A stretch of 64,000 nucleotides of DNA from an uncultured Candidatus Competibacteraceae bacterium (GTDB taxonomy: Bacteria > Bacteroidota > Bacteroidia > CAIKAF01): assembly GCA_964578885.1 (NCBI GenBank), contig CAZOEO010000001.1, forward strand, positions 222,110-286,109, written 5' to 3'. Shown here in pieces: positions 37,474 to 47,793 of this stretch. The first letter of the stretch is position 1. Every line of letters starts with the position of its first letter. The notes under the pieces were generated by a model. It did no database searches. It was not told where the DNA came from and saw only the letters and a program-made list of their open reading frames with translations. The position numbers and the translations under genes are program-made.

Positions 37474-40400
37474 TTAAGAATTAAATTTTTGAAGTTGAAC
37501 CCGGGCCGAAAGGCCGTCCTCTAACTCCAGGAGATAAATGGTTGAAAATGCCTCATCCAGCGTTAGTTCCAGATTTACAGCGAGCACTTCGCTGCAAATA
37601 TACGCTAAATTCGATGCAATGGCATCCTGCACCTGTTCAGGCCCTTCTATACGAATAGAAATCCGATCGGTTACATCTAAACCGAAATCTTTTCTCAGGT
37701 TTTGAATGCGGTTGATTAAATCCCGTGCCAGTCCTTCCTGCACCAACGCCTCATCCAGTTGTAAATCCAGCGCCACGGTAAGGTCTCCCTGAGAAGCAAC
37801 ACTCCAGCCTGGAATGTCCTCCGAAAGCCATTCTACGTCGCTTCGCAACAGATTTACCTCTCCTTCCGGAAGGGCAAGCATCATGGATCCGACCTGGTCC
37901 AGGGCCTGAATTTCTTCTTTAGTTAATACCGCAATGGCAGAGGCCACGGCCTTCATTGATTTTCCGAATCGTGGACCCAAAACTTTAAAATCGGGTTTCA
38001 CTTTTTTTACCAAAAAACCATCCTGGCCATCGGTGAGCTTTACTTCTTTTACATTGATTTCAGAGGCCAGTAAGTCGCTCACTTGGGCCAAAAGCTGTTT
38101 GGTTTCCGGCTGGAAAACTGGAATTAACAGGGTTTTAAGTGGCTGCCTGACTCGGATTTTTTCTTTTTTTCGAATCGATAAGGCCAAACTTGTCACCTCA
38201 CGGGCGAGTTCCATCGCTTTTTCCAAAGACGAATCTTTTGGTAAATGGTCAAGCTCCGGCCAATCAGCCAGATGAACCGATGTTTGATGCTCCGGGTGAA
38301 GCTTCCGGAACAGCCAGTCGGCAAAAAACGGAGCCAGGGGCGCCATTAATTTGCTGATGGTATCTAAACACAAATACAAAGTGCCATAGGCAGACTTTTT
38401 ATCGTCCTGCATTTCGCCTTTCCAGAACCGGCGGCGCGACAATCGTACATACCAATTCGACAGCTCTTCCGTCACAAAATCCTGAATGAGCCGGCCGGCT
38501 TTGGTCAATTCATAACCCTCATACGCTTCTTCTACTTCCAGGGAAAGGGTCGCCAGTCGCGAACGAATCCACCGGTCGAATTCCGGACGCGCCGATTCTT
38601 CCAAGTCGTAAGCTCCCGGTGTAGCACCATCTACATTCGCATACAAAGCAAAAAACGCATAGGTATTGTACAATGTCCCGAAAAATTTTCGTTTCACTTC
38701 CTGAATACCTTCTATATCAAATTTCAGATTGTCCCACGGTGCTGCATTGGTCATCATATACCATCTCAAGGCATCTGCTCCGTGCGCCTCCATGGTTTCA
38801 AACGGATCTACTGCATTACCCAATCTTTTGGACATTTTTTGCCCAAACTTATCCAGTACAAGGCCATTGGAAATCACAGATTTATAGGCAACCTGATCAA
38901 AAACACCGGCAGCAATCACATGCAACGTGAAAAACCATCCACGGGTCTGGTCAACGCCTTCAGCAATAAAATCGGCAGGAAAAGCCTTTCCCTGTTCAAT
39001 TTTCTCTTTGTTTTCAAATGGGTAATGCCACTGGGCATAAGGCATGGCGCCGGAATCGAACCAGACGTCGATGAGATCGGTCTCACGATACATTGGCTGT
39101 CCGGAAGCACTTACCAGAACCAACGGATCTACCTGTGGGCGGTGAAGATCTATTTTCGATAAGTCGGGTTGTCCGTCTGCATGGGTGGGCAAAGGATTTT
39201 TTTCCATGAATCCGGCCTTAACGGCTGCGTCCACCGCATCAAAAAGTTCCTGAACACTTCCAATGCACGTCTCTTCACGACCGTCTTTGGTCCGCCAGAT
39301 GGGCAAGGGCACGCCCCAGAACCGGGAACGACTTAAATTCCAATCCACCAAGTTCTCTAACCAGTTTCCAAAACGGCCGGTTCCTGTACTTTCCGGTTTC
39401 CAGCGAATGGTTTGGTTCAAGGCGATGAGACGCTCACGTAGCGCAGTGGTGCGGATAAACCAGCTGTCCAGGGGATAATATAAAATGGGTTTGTCTGTTC
39501 GCCAGCAATGGGGATAGTTGTGGGCGTATTTTTCGATGCGAAAAGCCCTGTTTCTCTGTTTTAAATGAATGGCAATGCGCACATCCACAGATTCATATCC
39601 TTCTGGTTTCTCCTCGGGCGAAAGGTAGGCTTCCTTCACAAATTCTCCGGCGAAATCAGTCACTTCCGGGGTGAATTTACCTTGTCGATCTACCAATGTG
39701 AGGGCACCGATACCATTTTTCTGGGCCACACGAAAGTCGTCTGCGCCAAAACTCGGTGCAATGTGTACCATGCCGGTTCCGTCTTCCGTGGACACGAAAT
39801 CGCCGGCAATGATCCTGAAGGCATCTCCTTCGGAGGGCTGCGCGTAGGGGAGGAGTTGCTCGTATCGCAATCCGACCAATTCATTTCCTTTTACCCGATC
39901 CAGGATCTGAAAAGGAATTTTTTTGGCTCCCTGTGTATATTCCTCCATGGGCGCGTTTTCCATGGTGGTGTCGAAAAATTTAGGGAGCAGCGCTTCGGCT
40001 AAAACCACTGTAATGGGCAAGCCGGTGTATGGATTAAAGGTGGCTACTTTTATGTAGGTAATGTCAGAACCCACGGCCACAGCGGTATTGCTGGGCAACG
40101 TCCAGGGCGTCGTGGTCCAGGCCAGTGCAAAAGTTTGCTCATCTGTGATGCCCGCTCCTATTGTTTGGTTTTCCAACAAACGAAACTGAGCCACTACCGA
40201 AGTGTCTTTCACCTCTTTGTAAGTGCCGGGCTGATTTAATTCGTGGGTAGACAAGCCGGTTCCTGCCGCTGGACTAAAGGGCTGAATGGAATAACCTTTA
40301 TACAATAACCCTTTTTTATAAAACTGCTGCAAAAGCCACCACACCGACTCCATATAGGGCGTTTCGTAGGTTACATATGGTTTTTCCATATCGACCCAAT

Positions 40401-40824
40401 AGCCCATTTGGGTGGTGAGTTTGTTCCATTCGTGTGTGAAACGCATCACGGATTTCCGACACGCCTCGTTGTAGTCCTCCATGGAAATTTTGTGGCCGAT
40501 ATCTTCTTTGGTGATGCCCAATTCTTTTTCTACCTGCAATTCCACAGGTAATCCATGGGTATCCCAACCAGCTTTTCTGGACACTTGAAATCCTTGCATG
40601 GTTTTGAACCGACAAATGGCATCTTTAATGGTCCTGGCCATTACATGGTGAATGCCGGGAATGCCGTTGGCGGAAGGCGGCCCTTCGAAAAAGGTAAATG
40701 GCTTGTCTGCTGACTTACTGGAAATACTTTTTTCAAAGGTCTGTTCGGTCGTCCAAGTCTGCAGTATTTCCTGGTGTATGCCTACCAGATCCAATTTGTC
40801 CGGGGTGGAATATTTTGCGCACAT
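37474..40824 (-). CDS. ileS: isoleucine--tRNA ligase (type 2, long form)
   Basis: HIGH-type (PSANGIPGIHH) and KMSKS (KMSKRLGN) motifs, 1116 aa. Start placed at the internal Met at 40824. Confidence 0.9.
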   Translation of the reverse strand: MCAKYSTPDKLDLVGIHQEILQTWTTEQTFEKSISSKSADKPFTFFEGPPSANGIPGIHHVMARTIKDAICRFKTMQGFQVSRKAGWDTHGLPVELQVEKELGITKEDIGHKISMEDYNEACRKSVMRFTHEWNKLTTQMGYWVDMEKPYVTYETPYMESVWWLLQQFYKKGLLYKGYSIQPFSPAAGTGLSTHELNQPGTYKEVKDTSVVAQFRLLENQTIGAGITDEQTFALAWTTTPWTLPSNTAVAVGSDITYIKVATFNPYTGLPITVVLAEALLPKFFDTTMENAPMEEYTQGAKKIPFQILDRVKGNELVGLRYEQLLPYAQPSEGDAFRIIAGDFVSTEDGTGMVHIAPSFGADDFRVAQKNGIGALTLVDRQGKFTPEVTDFAGEFVKEAYLSPEEKPEGYESVDVRIAIHLKQRNRAFRIEKYAHNYPHCWRTDKPILYYPLDSWFIRTTALRERLIALNQTIRWKPESTGTGRFGNWLENLVDWNLSRSRFWGVPLPIWRTKDGREETCIGSVQELFDAVDAAVKAGFMEKNPLPTHADGQPDLSKIDLHRPQVDPLVLVSASGQPMYRETDLIDVWFDSGAMPYAQWHYPFENKEKIEQGKAFPADFIAEGVDQTRGWFFTLHVIAAGVFDQVAYKSVISNGLVLDKFGQKMSKRLGNAVDPFETMEAHGADALRWYMMTNAAPWDNLKFDIEGIQEVKRKFFGTLYNTYAFFALYANVDGATPGAYDLEESARPEFDRWIRSRLATLSLEVEEAYEGYELTKAGRLIQDFVTEELSNWYVRLSRRRFWKGEMQDDKKSAYGTLYLCLDTISKLMAPLAPFFADWLFRKLHPEHQTSVHLADWPELDHLPKDSSLEKAMELAREVTSLALSIRKKEKIRVRQPLKTLLIPVFQPETKQLLAQVSDLLASEINVKEVKLTDGQDGFLVKKVKPDFKVLGPRFGKSMKAVASAIAVLTKEEIQALDQVGSMMLALPEGEVNLLRSDVEWLSEDIPGWSVASQGDLTVALDLQLDEALVQEGLARDLINRIQNLRKDFGLDVTDRISIRIEGPEQVQDAIASNLAYICSEVLAVNLELTLDEAFSTIYLLELEDGLSARVQLQKFNS

Positions 40825-40902
40825 AGGTGCAAAGATACACCCAGAATGCAAATGCGAACCCTATTGGTGGATTTCTTGACGGAGGTTCTTATAAATAGCG
40901 AC

Positions 40903-42078
40903 TTAGACGCCTTTGTTCGGTTTGGCAAACGTGGCTACATCGTCTGCGGTAATCACCATGTCGCAAAGAATCACCAAACGTTCCACCACATTTCTAAGCT
41001 CCCGAATGTTCCCGGTCCAGTTGATTTGCTTGAGTTCTTCCAGGGCTTCCGGCGAAAATGTTTTGTTCGGTATGCCTTGTTCTTCCAGGATTTCCTGTAA
41101 AAAATGTTCGGCTAAGAGAGGCACATCGTCCCGGCGGTGATTCAGGTCCGGCACGTGAATCAAAATGACGCTAAGGCGATGATACAAATCTTCCCGGAAA
41201 AGTCCTTTTTGAATTTCGGCCTGTAAATCTTTGTTGGTGGCAGCAATAATCCGCACATCTACTTTGATTTCTTTATCTCCACCCACCCTGGCAATTTTAT
41301 TTTCTTGCAGGGCGCGCAACACTTTGGCCTGGGCAGAAAGACTCATGTCTCCGATTTCATCAAGGAAAAGCGTGCCTCCATGGGCCAACTCAAATTTTCC
41401 TTGTCTTTGTTTGATGGCAGAGGTGAAAGCGCCTTTTTCATGTCCGAACAATTCGGATTCAATTAGTTCGGATGGGATAGCAGCGCAATTGACCTCTACC
41501 ATGGGTCCGGTAGCTCTTGGACTCAATTCATGAATCCAACGGGCCACCAACTCTTTTCCCGTACCATTGCTGCCCGTAACCAATACACGTGCATCGGTGG
41601 GGGCTACTTTTTCAATCAGTTCTTTTATTTTAAGAATCGGTTCGGAGGCGCCAATCATTTCCCGCACTTTGCTTTTGCTGACCTTCCGCTTGAGTTGGCG
41701 GGTTTCCGTTACCAAACTTTTTCTTTCCATGGCATTGCGCAGGGTCACCAGAAGTCTGGGTAAATCGATGGGCTTGGCGATATAATCGTATGCTCCTTTT
41801 TTTAGTGCTTCTACCGCCGTTTCAATGTTTCCGTGACCGGAAATCATGATGACGGGGACATCGCTGTTGACTTCGGATACCTGTTCCAGAAATTCAATGC
41901 CATCCATTTTGGGCATTTTGATGTCACAAAGAATTACATCATAAGCATGGGTTTTTACCAATTCCAAGCCTTTGAGTCCGTCTTCGGCTTCATCTACCTG
42001 AAAATTTTCATATTCCAGGATTTCACGAAGGGTTTTCCGGATGCTTTGTTGATCATCTATTACTAAAATGGTAGCCAT
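40903..42078 (-). CDS. sigma-54-dependent response regulator (receiver plus AAA+ activator) with no C-terminal HTH
   Basis: Receiver domain (ILVIDDQQSIRK...D at ILCDIKMP), AAA+ Walker A (GSNGTGKE), and GAFTSA sigma-54 contact motif. The protein ends about 20 residues after the AAA+ lid, leaving no room for a Fis-type HTH. Start taken at MATILVIDD. Confidence 0.75.
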   Translation of the reverse strand: MATILVIDDQQSIRKTLREILEYENFQVDEAEDGLKGLELVKTHAYDVILCDIKMPKMDGIEFLEQVSEVNSDVPVIMISGHGNIETAVEALKKGAYDYIAKPIDLPRLLVTLRNAMERKSLVTETRQLKRKVSKSKVREMIGASEPILKIKELIEKVAPTDARVLVTGSNGTGKELVARWIHELSPRATGPMVEVNCAAIPSELIESELFGHEKGAFTSAIKQRQGKFELAHGGTLFLDEIGDMSLSAQAKVLRALQENKIARVGGDKEIKVDVRIIAATNKDLQAEIQKGLFREDLYHRLSVILIHVPDLNHRRDDVPLLAEHFLQEILEEQGIPNKTFSPEALEELKQINWTGNIRELRNVVERLVILCDMVITADDVATFAKPNKGV

Positions 42079-42207
42079 TGTCTGTAAATTTCTACATGGT
42101 TCGGCACCAAACGAATCAAAAATCAGGCCATGAATTGCCAGTTCTCTATGAAATACACTCCCGGAATCCATCAAAATGCCTAACTTAGGCACGATTATTC
42201 AGGCCCC

Positions 42208-43518
42208 ATGATTTTAGTGTATTGCGAACATCCCGGTCCGCGCGTCGCCTATACTTTCGACGTGTTACTGAAACGTATTTTACGCATTCAGGATCGTATG
42301 GAATTGACCCAGGATCCGCAATTACTGGCTCAATTCGACGGCGTCCGCATCAATTATTCCAACCAGTTTATTCCAGATTGTCTGCACATTCCGCATTCAG
42401 GATTTTTAAGTCGCTCCGATCTGGATCCGGTTACACCTGGCATGATCAATGGCATGTCCGGGCCGTGTTTGTTTCCTATGCAAGGAAGCCAGGATTTCGC
42501 CTACGATTTACCCGCCGCCATTTTTTGGATGATTTCCCGGTACGAAGAATATCATTCTCCCCATACAGACGAACATGGACGCTTTAAAAGTGAAGCCAGT
42601 CTGGCTTTTAAAGAGGGATTTCTGCGAATGCCTATTGTAGAAAAATGGGCCGTGGAGTTTCGGGGTAAACTTCTGGGCTTTTTTCCCGGAGTAGAAATGA
42701 AACCCCGTGAGTTCCGATTTGCCTCCACCATCGATGTGGACAATGGATACCGGTTTCGGGGAAAAGGTTTTTGGCGCACACTGGCCGGATTCGGTAAGGA
42801 CCTCTGGGAAGGCCGGCCGGAAGAAGTATTGTTTCGCTTCAACGTACTTATGGGCAACTTGAACGATCCTTTCGACCGATATGCTTGGATTTCTAAACAA
42901 TGTGCTTTACGCCAACTGAAGCCGCGGTTTTTTATTTTGGCCTCGCCTCGTACGGCTTTTGACCATGCCTTATCGCCCAAAAGCAACCGATGGAAAGAAC
43001 TGGTCGAAAAAATTCAACAAGCTGGTCGGGTGGGCATTCACCCCTCTTATTACACCTCTTCGGGAGAAGTGTCCCTGGAAAAAGAAATGGAAGCCGTATC
43101 TCAGATTACCGGCACTCCTTTAACTCATTCCCGGCAGCATTTTCTCCGTTTTCAATTGCCGGATACGTTTCGTAAACTGGTGCAAGCTGGCATTGCGCAT
43201 GATCATAGCATGGGATACGCCGATCAGGTCGGATTTCGAGCCGGAATCAGTATTTCGTATCCTTTTTTCGATTTAACCCAAGACGAAGTCCTTCCTTTGA
43301 CCATTCATCCTTTTGCTGTCATGGAAAGTGTGTATCGTTTCAAATGGCGGGTTCCGCCGGCAGAAGCGCTAAACGACATGCGTAAAATCAGAGATGCCGT
43401 AAAATCGACCGGAGGAAAATTTGTTTCCGTCTGGCATGATAAATCTTTGTCGCGCCACGGAGAAGGACGTCGCTGGGCCAAAGCATATGCCACTCATCTG
43501 GAATGGGCCAAAGCGTAA
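42208..43518 (+). CDS. hypothetical protein, 436 aa (possible NodB-like deacetylase fold; uncertain)
   Basis: No clear motif. Weak resemblance to the polysaccharide-deacetylase His/Asp pattern (TIDVDNG...IHPSYY). Overlaps the downstream gene by 16 nt. Confidence 0.35.
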   Translation: MILVYCEHPGPRVAYTFDVLLKRILRIQDRMELTQDPQLLAQFDGVRINYSNQFIPDCLHIPHSGFLSRSDLDPVTPGMINGMSGPCLFPMQGSQDFAYDLPAAIFWMISRYEEYHSPHTDEHGRFKSEASLAFKEGFLRMPIVEKWAVEFRGKLLGFFPGVEMKPREFRFASTIDVDNGYRFRGKGFWRTLAGFGKDLWEGRPEEVLFRFNVLMGNLNDPFDRYAWISKQCALRQLKPRFFILASPRTAFDHALSPKSNRWKELVEKIQQAGRVGIHPSYYTSSGEVSLEKEMEAVSQITGTPLTHSRQHFLRFQLPDTFRKLVQAGIAHDHSMGYADQVGFRAGISISYPFFDLTQDEVLPLTIHPFAVMESVYRFKWRVPPAEALNDMRKIRDAVKSTGGKFVSVWHDKSLSRHGEGRRWAKAYATHLEWAKA

Positions 43519-44375
43519 TTCTTACCCTTTCTCAAGCAGAGTGGGACAGGGCCTTATCCCATTTTTCCAACCCTCATCCTTTTGCTTTTTCTTGGGTCTT
43601 AAACGCCCTTTGTCCCGGCAGCTGGATTCCTATGATGGATTCAGATTCAGGCGCGTTGCTCGCGTTGCCGGTGCGAAAACTGGGTCATTTTCCGGTAATC
43701 AGTCGCCAGCCTTTTTTCCTGCGCACCTGTGGAATTCATGCCGAACAACCTGTGAATGAAGCGCAAGTGATGCGGTTTTGGAAAGCCTTGCCCCCCGGTT
43801 TGTGGAAACTACATGTATATTGGAACCAGCCGGTTCCGGGAAAAACAACCCGGACAAGAATCCATCAGGCCCTGGATTTGAACTCGGATTTTTCCTACAA
43901 GGGAAACGTGCGCCGAAATCTGAAAAAAGCCCAAAGCCAGGATTTGAAATCGTTCACTCCTTCGGCTCGGGAAACTGATGAGGCTTTTTTTGCGCATCGT
44001 GGGAAAGACATGGCCCAACTTCATGGAGCGCCGCGACAACGCATGCGACAACTGATGCTGGAAGCAGAAAATCGCAACGCTGCGGTGTATTGGGGTTTTA
44101 AAGACCACCACGAGCAGCTTCATGCTGCTGGCTTTTTTATTCGTACCGGCCGAACTTTATTGTTTGTGCATGGAGGTGCCACCGAAGCGGGAAAAAAATC
44201 CGGTGCCATGTATCTGGTAATGGATCAGGCGGTTCAATATGGCCGGGAACAAGGACTGGCCGTGCTGGATTTTGGCGGTTCAAATGTGCAGGGTGTAGCC
44301 GATTTTTACCGTGGATTTGGGGCAGAAGACCAAACCTATTACGAAATTCAGGCGCGTTGGCCTTTGTTTATTTGA
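43503..44375 (+). CDS. GNAT-fold acyltransferase of FemAB-like/BioF2-like type (putative)
   Basis: Size and pattern consistent with FemAB-like family proteins (DLNSDFSYKGNVRRNLKKA...LHAAGFFIRTG). Translationally coupled to the upstream gene. Confidence 0.4.
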   Translation: MGQSVILTLSQAEWDRALSHFSNPHPFAFSWVLNALCPGSWIPMMDSDSGALLALPVRKLGHFPVISRQPFFLRTCGIHAEQPVNEAQVMRFWKALPPGLWKLHVYWNQPVPGKTTRTRIHQALDLNSDFSYKGNVRRNLKKAQSQDLKSFTPSARETDEAFFAHRGKDMAQLHGAPRQRMRQLMLEAENRNAAVYWGFKDHHEQLHAAGFFIRTGRTLLFVHGGATEAGKKSGAMYLVMDQAVQYGREQGLAVLDFGGSNVQGVADFYRGFGAEDQTYYEIQARWPLFI

Positions 44376-44380
44376 AAGTT

Positions 44381-45310
44381 TTAGGCGCTGAGCCATTCCC
44401 GCTGAACCGGGATGGTGCCTTGTTTGGCAATCACAGTTTCTGCTGCTTTGTTAGACCAGGTCATGGCTTCTATTACAGAAAGTCCACTGGCCAGACAAGC
44501 GGCCATGGTGGCCATTACGGTATCACCGGCGCCGGAAACATCGTACACTTCTTTTGCCGTAGACGGCGCATGAAAATATCCTTCCGGCGTATATGCAGAC
44601 ATGCCTCGTGAAGAGCGCGTGACCAAAATATTGGGGATCGTCCATGTCCATTGTGCGAAGGCCTTTTCTATCGCTTCATCCTCATTTTGAATTTCCAGAC
44701 CACAGATTCGCTTGAATTCTTCGAAATTAGGCGTGAGCCAATCGGCTCCCGGATAAGCCTCTACATCTTCTTTTTTAGGATCGACCCAAATGGATTGCTT
44801 CGCGGATTTATTGGCCGATAATTTCTTCATAAAGTCTTTGGTAATCATTCCTTTATGGTAATCGGAAACGAGAATTGACCGGGCTGTGCCCATGATTTCC
44901 TGTAGTTTTTCCCAAAAATGGTCTGGAAGGGTCTCGGAAAAAAAGACTTCACGATCTAACCGCATCATTTGCTGACCTTTGGCCACCATGCGAGTTTTTT
45001 CCGTGGTCAGGGCAAGTATGGGGTAAAAGATGGATTCAATACCGTTTTTAGTGAGCAGATCTAGCAGGATTTCTGCGGAACGATCTGCTCCAACCAATCC
45101 CATTAAAGTGACTTTTGCACCAAGACCGGCTAAGTTCATGGCGACATTGGCGGCACCACCCGGACGAAATTCCCGTCGGGTTTCCGCCATCACCGGAACG
45201 GGTGCTTCGGGAGAAATACGATGGACTTCACCGAACAGGTAAGTGTCCAACATCACATCGCCAATCACAAGAAAATGAAGGCCGGAAAAATCTGGAAGTG
45301 TAGCTGACAT
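44381..45310 (-). CDS. D-glycero-beta-D-manno-heptose-7-phosphate kinase (RfaE/HldE domain I only; PfkB family)
   Basis: PfkB ribokinase-like signatures (GGAANVA...; C-terminal DVSGAGDT). 309 aa, so no adenylyltransferase domain II. Confidence 0.7.
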   Translation of the reverse strand: MSATLPDFSGLHFLVIGDVMLDTYLFGEVHRISPEAPVPVMAETRREFRPGGAANVAMNLAGLGAKVTLMGLVGADRSAEILLDLLTKNGIESIFYPILALTTEKTRMVAKGQQMMRLDREVFFSETLPDHFWEKLQEIMGTARSILVSDYHKGMITKDFMKKLSANKSAKQSIWVDPKKEDVEAYPGADWLTPNFEEFKRICGLEIQNEDEAIEKAFAQWTWTIPNILVTRSSRGMSAYTPEGYFHAPSTAKEVYDVSGAGDTVMATMAACLASGLSVIEAMTWSNKAAETVIAKQGTIPVQREWLSA

Positions 45311-45421
45311 CTTTATTAATCAGGGTAAAACTAAGGATTTCCATGTATTGAAGCGGCATGTTGGTCAGGATAAAATGGCAGGAAGGCATAACCTTTTTGC
45401 TGCATCTTTGTTTTTCTCCTG

Positions 45422-46756
45422 ATGCAAACTCCGCTACATATTTGTTGGTTGCGCCGCGATTTACGTCTGCATGATCAGGCGGCGCTTTTCGAAGCCCTGA
45501 AATCCGGCCCCACCGTTGCCTTGTTTATTTTTGACCGGGAAATTTTAGATCGGTTGGAAGACCGAGACGATGCCAGGGTGCAGTTTATTCACCAAACGCT
45601 GAATCAATTGGCCTTGGATATTGCCGCTGCCGGAGGTACATTGATTACGAGATACGGTCATCCGCTCACGGTGTGGAAAACCTTGCTGGAAGAATTTCCC
45701 ATTGCAGCCGTTTACGCCAATCACGATTATGAGCCATACGCCATTCAACGGGATAAAGACATCAAAACTTTGTTGAACCAAAGAGGCATTGGATTTCATA
45801 CGTTCAAAGATCAGGTGATTTTTGAAAAAGATGAAGTGCTTTCGGCCACGGGAAAGCCATATACGGTGTACACTCCTTACAGCAAAACTTGGTTAAAAAA
45901 GCTGGAAAACACGTATTATCTGAAAAGCTATCCCACGGAAAAATATTTTCATCACTGGCATCGCATGCCCTTGTATCATGGCGTGGTGCCTTTGGAAGTC
46001 ATGGAATTTAAATCGGTACCTACCCGTTTTCCATCGGTGGTTCCGCCCGTAGAACGCATCAAAAAGTATGAAGAGACGCGCAATTATCCGGCCCTGGATG
46101 CCACCAGTCATTTGGGCATTCATCTTCGGTTTGGGACGCTGAGCGTAAGACAATTGGCCGCTCAAACGGCAGCGCTGAGTCATACTTATCTGAAAGAATT
46201 GATATGGCGTGAATTTTTCGCGCAGATTCTTTGGCATTACCCCAAAGTGGTGCAGCATGCTTTTAAGCCGGCCTACGATAAAATTGCTTACCGGAATGCG
46301 CCGGAGGATTTCGCGGCCTGGTGCGAAGGGAAAACAGGTTATCCGCTGGTGGACGCAGGGATGCGCGAACTGGCCGCCACCGGATTTATGCATAACCGGG
46401 TTCGGATGGTTACCGGAAGTTTCCTCACCAAACATTTACTCATCGACTGGCGACTTGGAGAAGCCTGGTTCGCACGAAAATTATTGGATTTCGATTTGGC
46501 CTCCAACAATGGAAACTGGCAGTGGGTAGCCGGTACCGGTTGTGATGCTGCGCCTTATTTCCGCATTTTTAATCCAGATAGCCAAGCCCAAACCTTCGAT
46601 GGGAAAGCCGCTTACATCGCCAAATGGGTTCCGGAATATCAATCGCTCACTTACCAGAGCCAAAGAATTGTGTCTCACGCTTTTGCCAGACAACGTGCCC
46701 TGGATACGTATAAAATGGCACTCAAAGGTGAACCGGGCCCAGGTGACCAGCCATAA
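45422..46756 (+). CDS. phrB: deoxyribodipyrimidine photolyase / cryptochrome-family flavoprotein
   Basis: N-terminal photolyase alpha/beta domain (LHICWLRRDLRLHDQAAL) and FAD-binding C-terminal domain (GFMHNRVRM...WQWVAG). Confidence 0.85.
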   Translation: MQTPLHICWLRRDLRLHDQAALFEALKSGPTVALFIFDREILDRLEDRDDARVQFIHQTLNQLALDIAAAGGTLITRYGHPLTVWKTLLEEFPIAAVYANHDYEPYAIQRDKDIKTLLNQRGIGFHTFKDQVIFEKDEVLSATGKPYTVYTPYSKTWLKKLENTYYLKSYPTEKYFHHWHRMPLYHGVVPLEVMEFKSVPTRFPSVVPPVERIKKYEETRNYPALDATSHLGIHLRFGTLSVRQLAAQTAALSHTYLKELIWREFFAQILWHYPKVVQHAFKPAYDKIAYRNAPEDFAAWCEGKTGYPLVDAGMRELAATGFMHNRVRMVTGSFLTKHLLIDWRLGEAWFARKLLDFDLASNNGNWQWVAGTGCDAAPYFRIFNPDSQAQTFDGKAAYIAKWVPEYQSLTYQSQRIVSHAFARQRALDTYKMALKGEPGPGDQP

Positions 46757-47792
46757 ACGTTCTCCAACGCTCCAGAATTTGGGAAAATCCATCTGGAACT
46801 GGTGTTTCAAAATAAAGATTTTCTCCCGTGAAGGGATGCACAAAACCGAGAGATTTGGCGTGCAAGGCTTGTCCTGGAATCAAAGCCATCAAATGTTGTA
46901 CAAATAGTCGGTACTTCGCACTATCGATGCCTTTGAGCACTTGTTGACCGCCATATCTGGGATCATTGAAAAGCGTATGCCCTAAATATTTGAGGTGAAC
47001 CCGAATTTGATGGGTACGGCCTGTTTCCAGACGACATTCCACGAGCGTCACAAAACCAAAACGTTCCAATACAGTATAGTGGGTGATGGCAGGTTTTCCC
47101 TGACTGCCATCCTGAAAAACTTTAAAAGCCTGCCGGTCTCGTGGATCTCGACCAATGGCGCCTTCGATGGTTCCCTGGTCTTCGGTTACATTTCCCCAAA
47201 CCAATGCCACATAACGGCGATGAATGGTGCGTTCAAAAAACTGGCGGGCCAGCAAGGTCATGGCTTCCTCCGTTTTGGCAATTACCATGGTGCCGGAAGT
47301 ATCTTTATCTAAGCGGTGAATAAGTCCGGGGCGCTGGACTTCACCATGCGCACCATGTGGATTTTTCGCCACGGGCAATTGAGCGAAATGATACAATAAG
47401 CCATTCACCAACGTTCCGGTATGATTACCAACGCCTGGATGTACCACCAACCCTGCCGGTTTATCGATCACCAGCAAATGGTCATCCTCAAAGCAAATGG
47501 ACAAATCCATGGCTTCCGGTTCCAGGGTTTGGGAACGTGGCGGATTGGGAAATACCACGGTAACCACATCACCCGGTTTTACCCGATAGTTACTTTTTAC
47601 CGGAACATCGTTTACCCGAATGCATCCCATGTCCGCAGACCGTTGAATCCGGTTGCGGGAGGTGTGCTCCATTTTGATAAACAAAAACTTATCGATGCGT
47701 AGCAGCCCTTGGCCTTTATCTACCACCAGGCGGTGATGTTCGAACCAACCTTCTTCTTCAGGTTCTTCCTGTACTTGTAAAAATTCGCTCAC
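46722..47792 (-). CDS. rluD: RluA-family 23S rRNA pseudouridine synthase (RluD-like)
   Basis: S4 domain followed by a catalytic core with HRLDKDTSG. Its 3' end overlaps the photolyase 3' end convergently. Confidence 0.8.
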   Translation of the reverse strand: MSEFLQVQEEPEEEGWFEHHRLVVDKGQGLLRIDKFLFIKMEHTSRNRIQRSADMGCIRVNDVPVKSNYRVKPGDVVTVVFPNPPRSQTLEPEAMDLSICFEDDHLLVIDKPAGLVVHPGVGNHTGTLVNGLLYHFAQLPVAKNPHGAHGEVQRPGLIHRLDKDTSGTMVIAKTEEAMTLLARQFFERTIHRRYVALVWGNVTEDQGTIEGAIGRDPRDRQAFKVFQDGSQGKPAITHYTVLERFGFVTLVECRLETGRTHQIRVHLKYLGHTLFNDPRYGGQQVLKGIDSAKYRLFVQHLMALIPGQALHAKSLGFVHPFTGENLYFETPVPDGFSQILERWRTFMAGHLGPVHL

Positions 47793-47793
47793 G

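Noticed and set aside
40825-40851. Longer N-termini for ileS (40851), the sigma-54 regulator (42192), rodA (51446), the T9SS cargo (50064), P3 (33282) and clpS (10632)
   Set aside because: In each case an internal Met gives the canonical family N-terminus or signal peptide (MCAKYST..., MATILVIDD, MAKTSRN..., MRNWYVF..., MKHVFLL..., MQRPYTH...). The upstream extensions lack conservation-like features.
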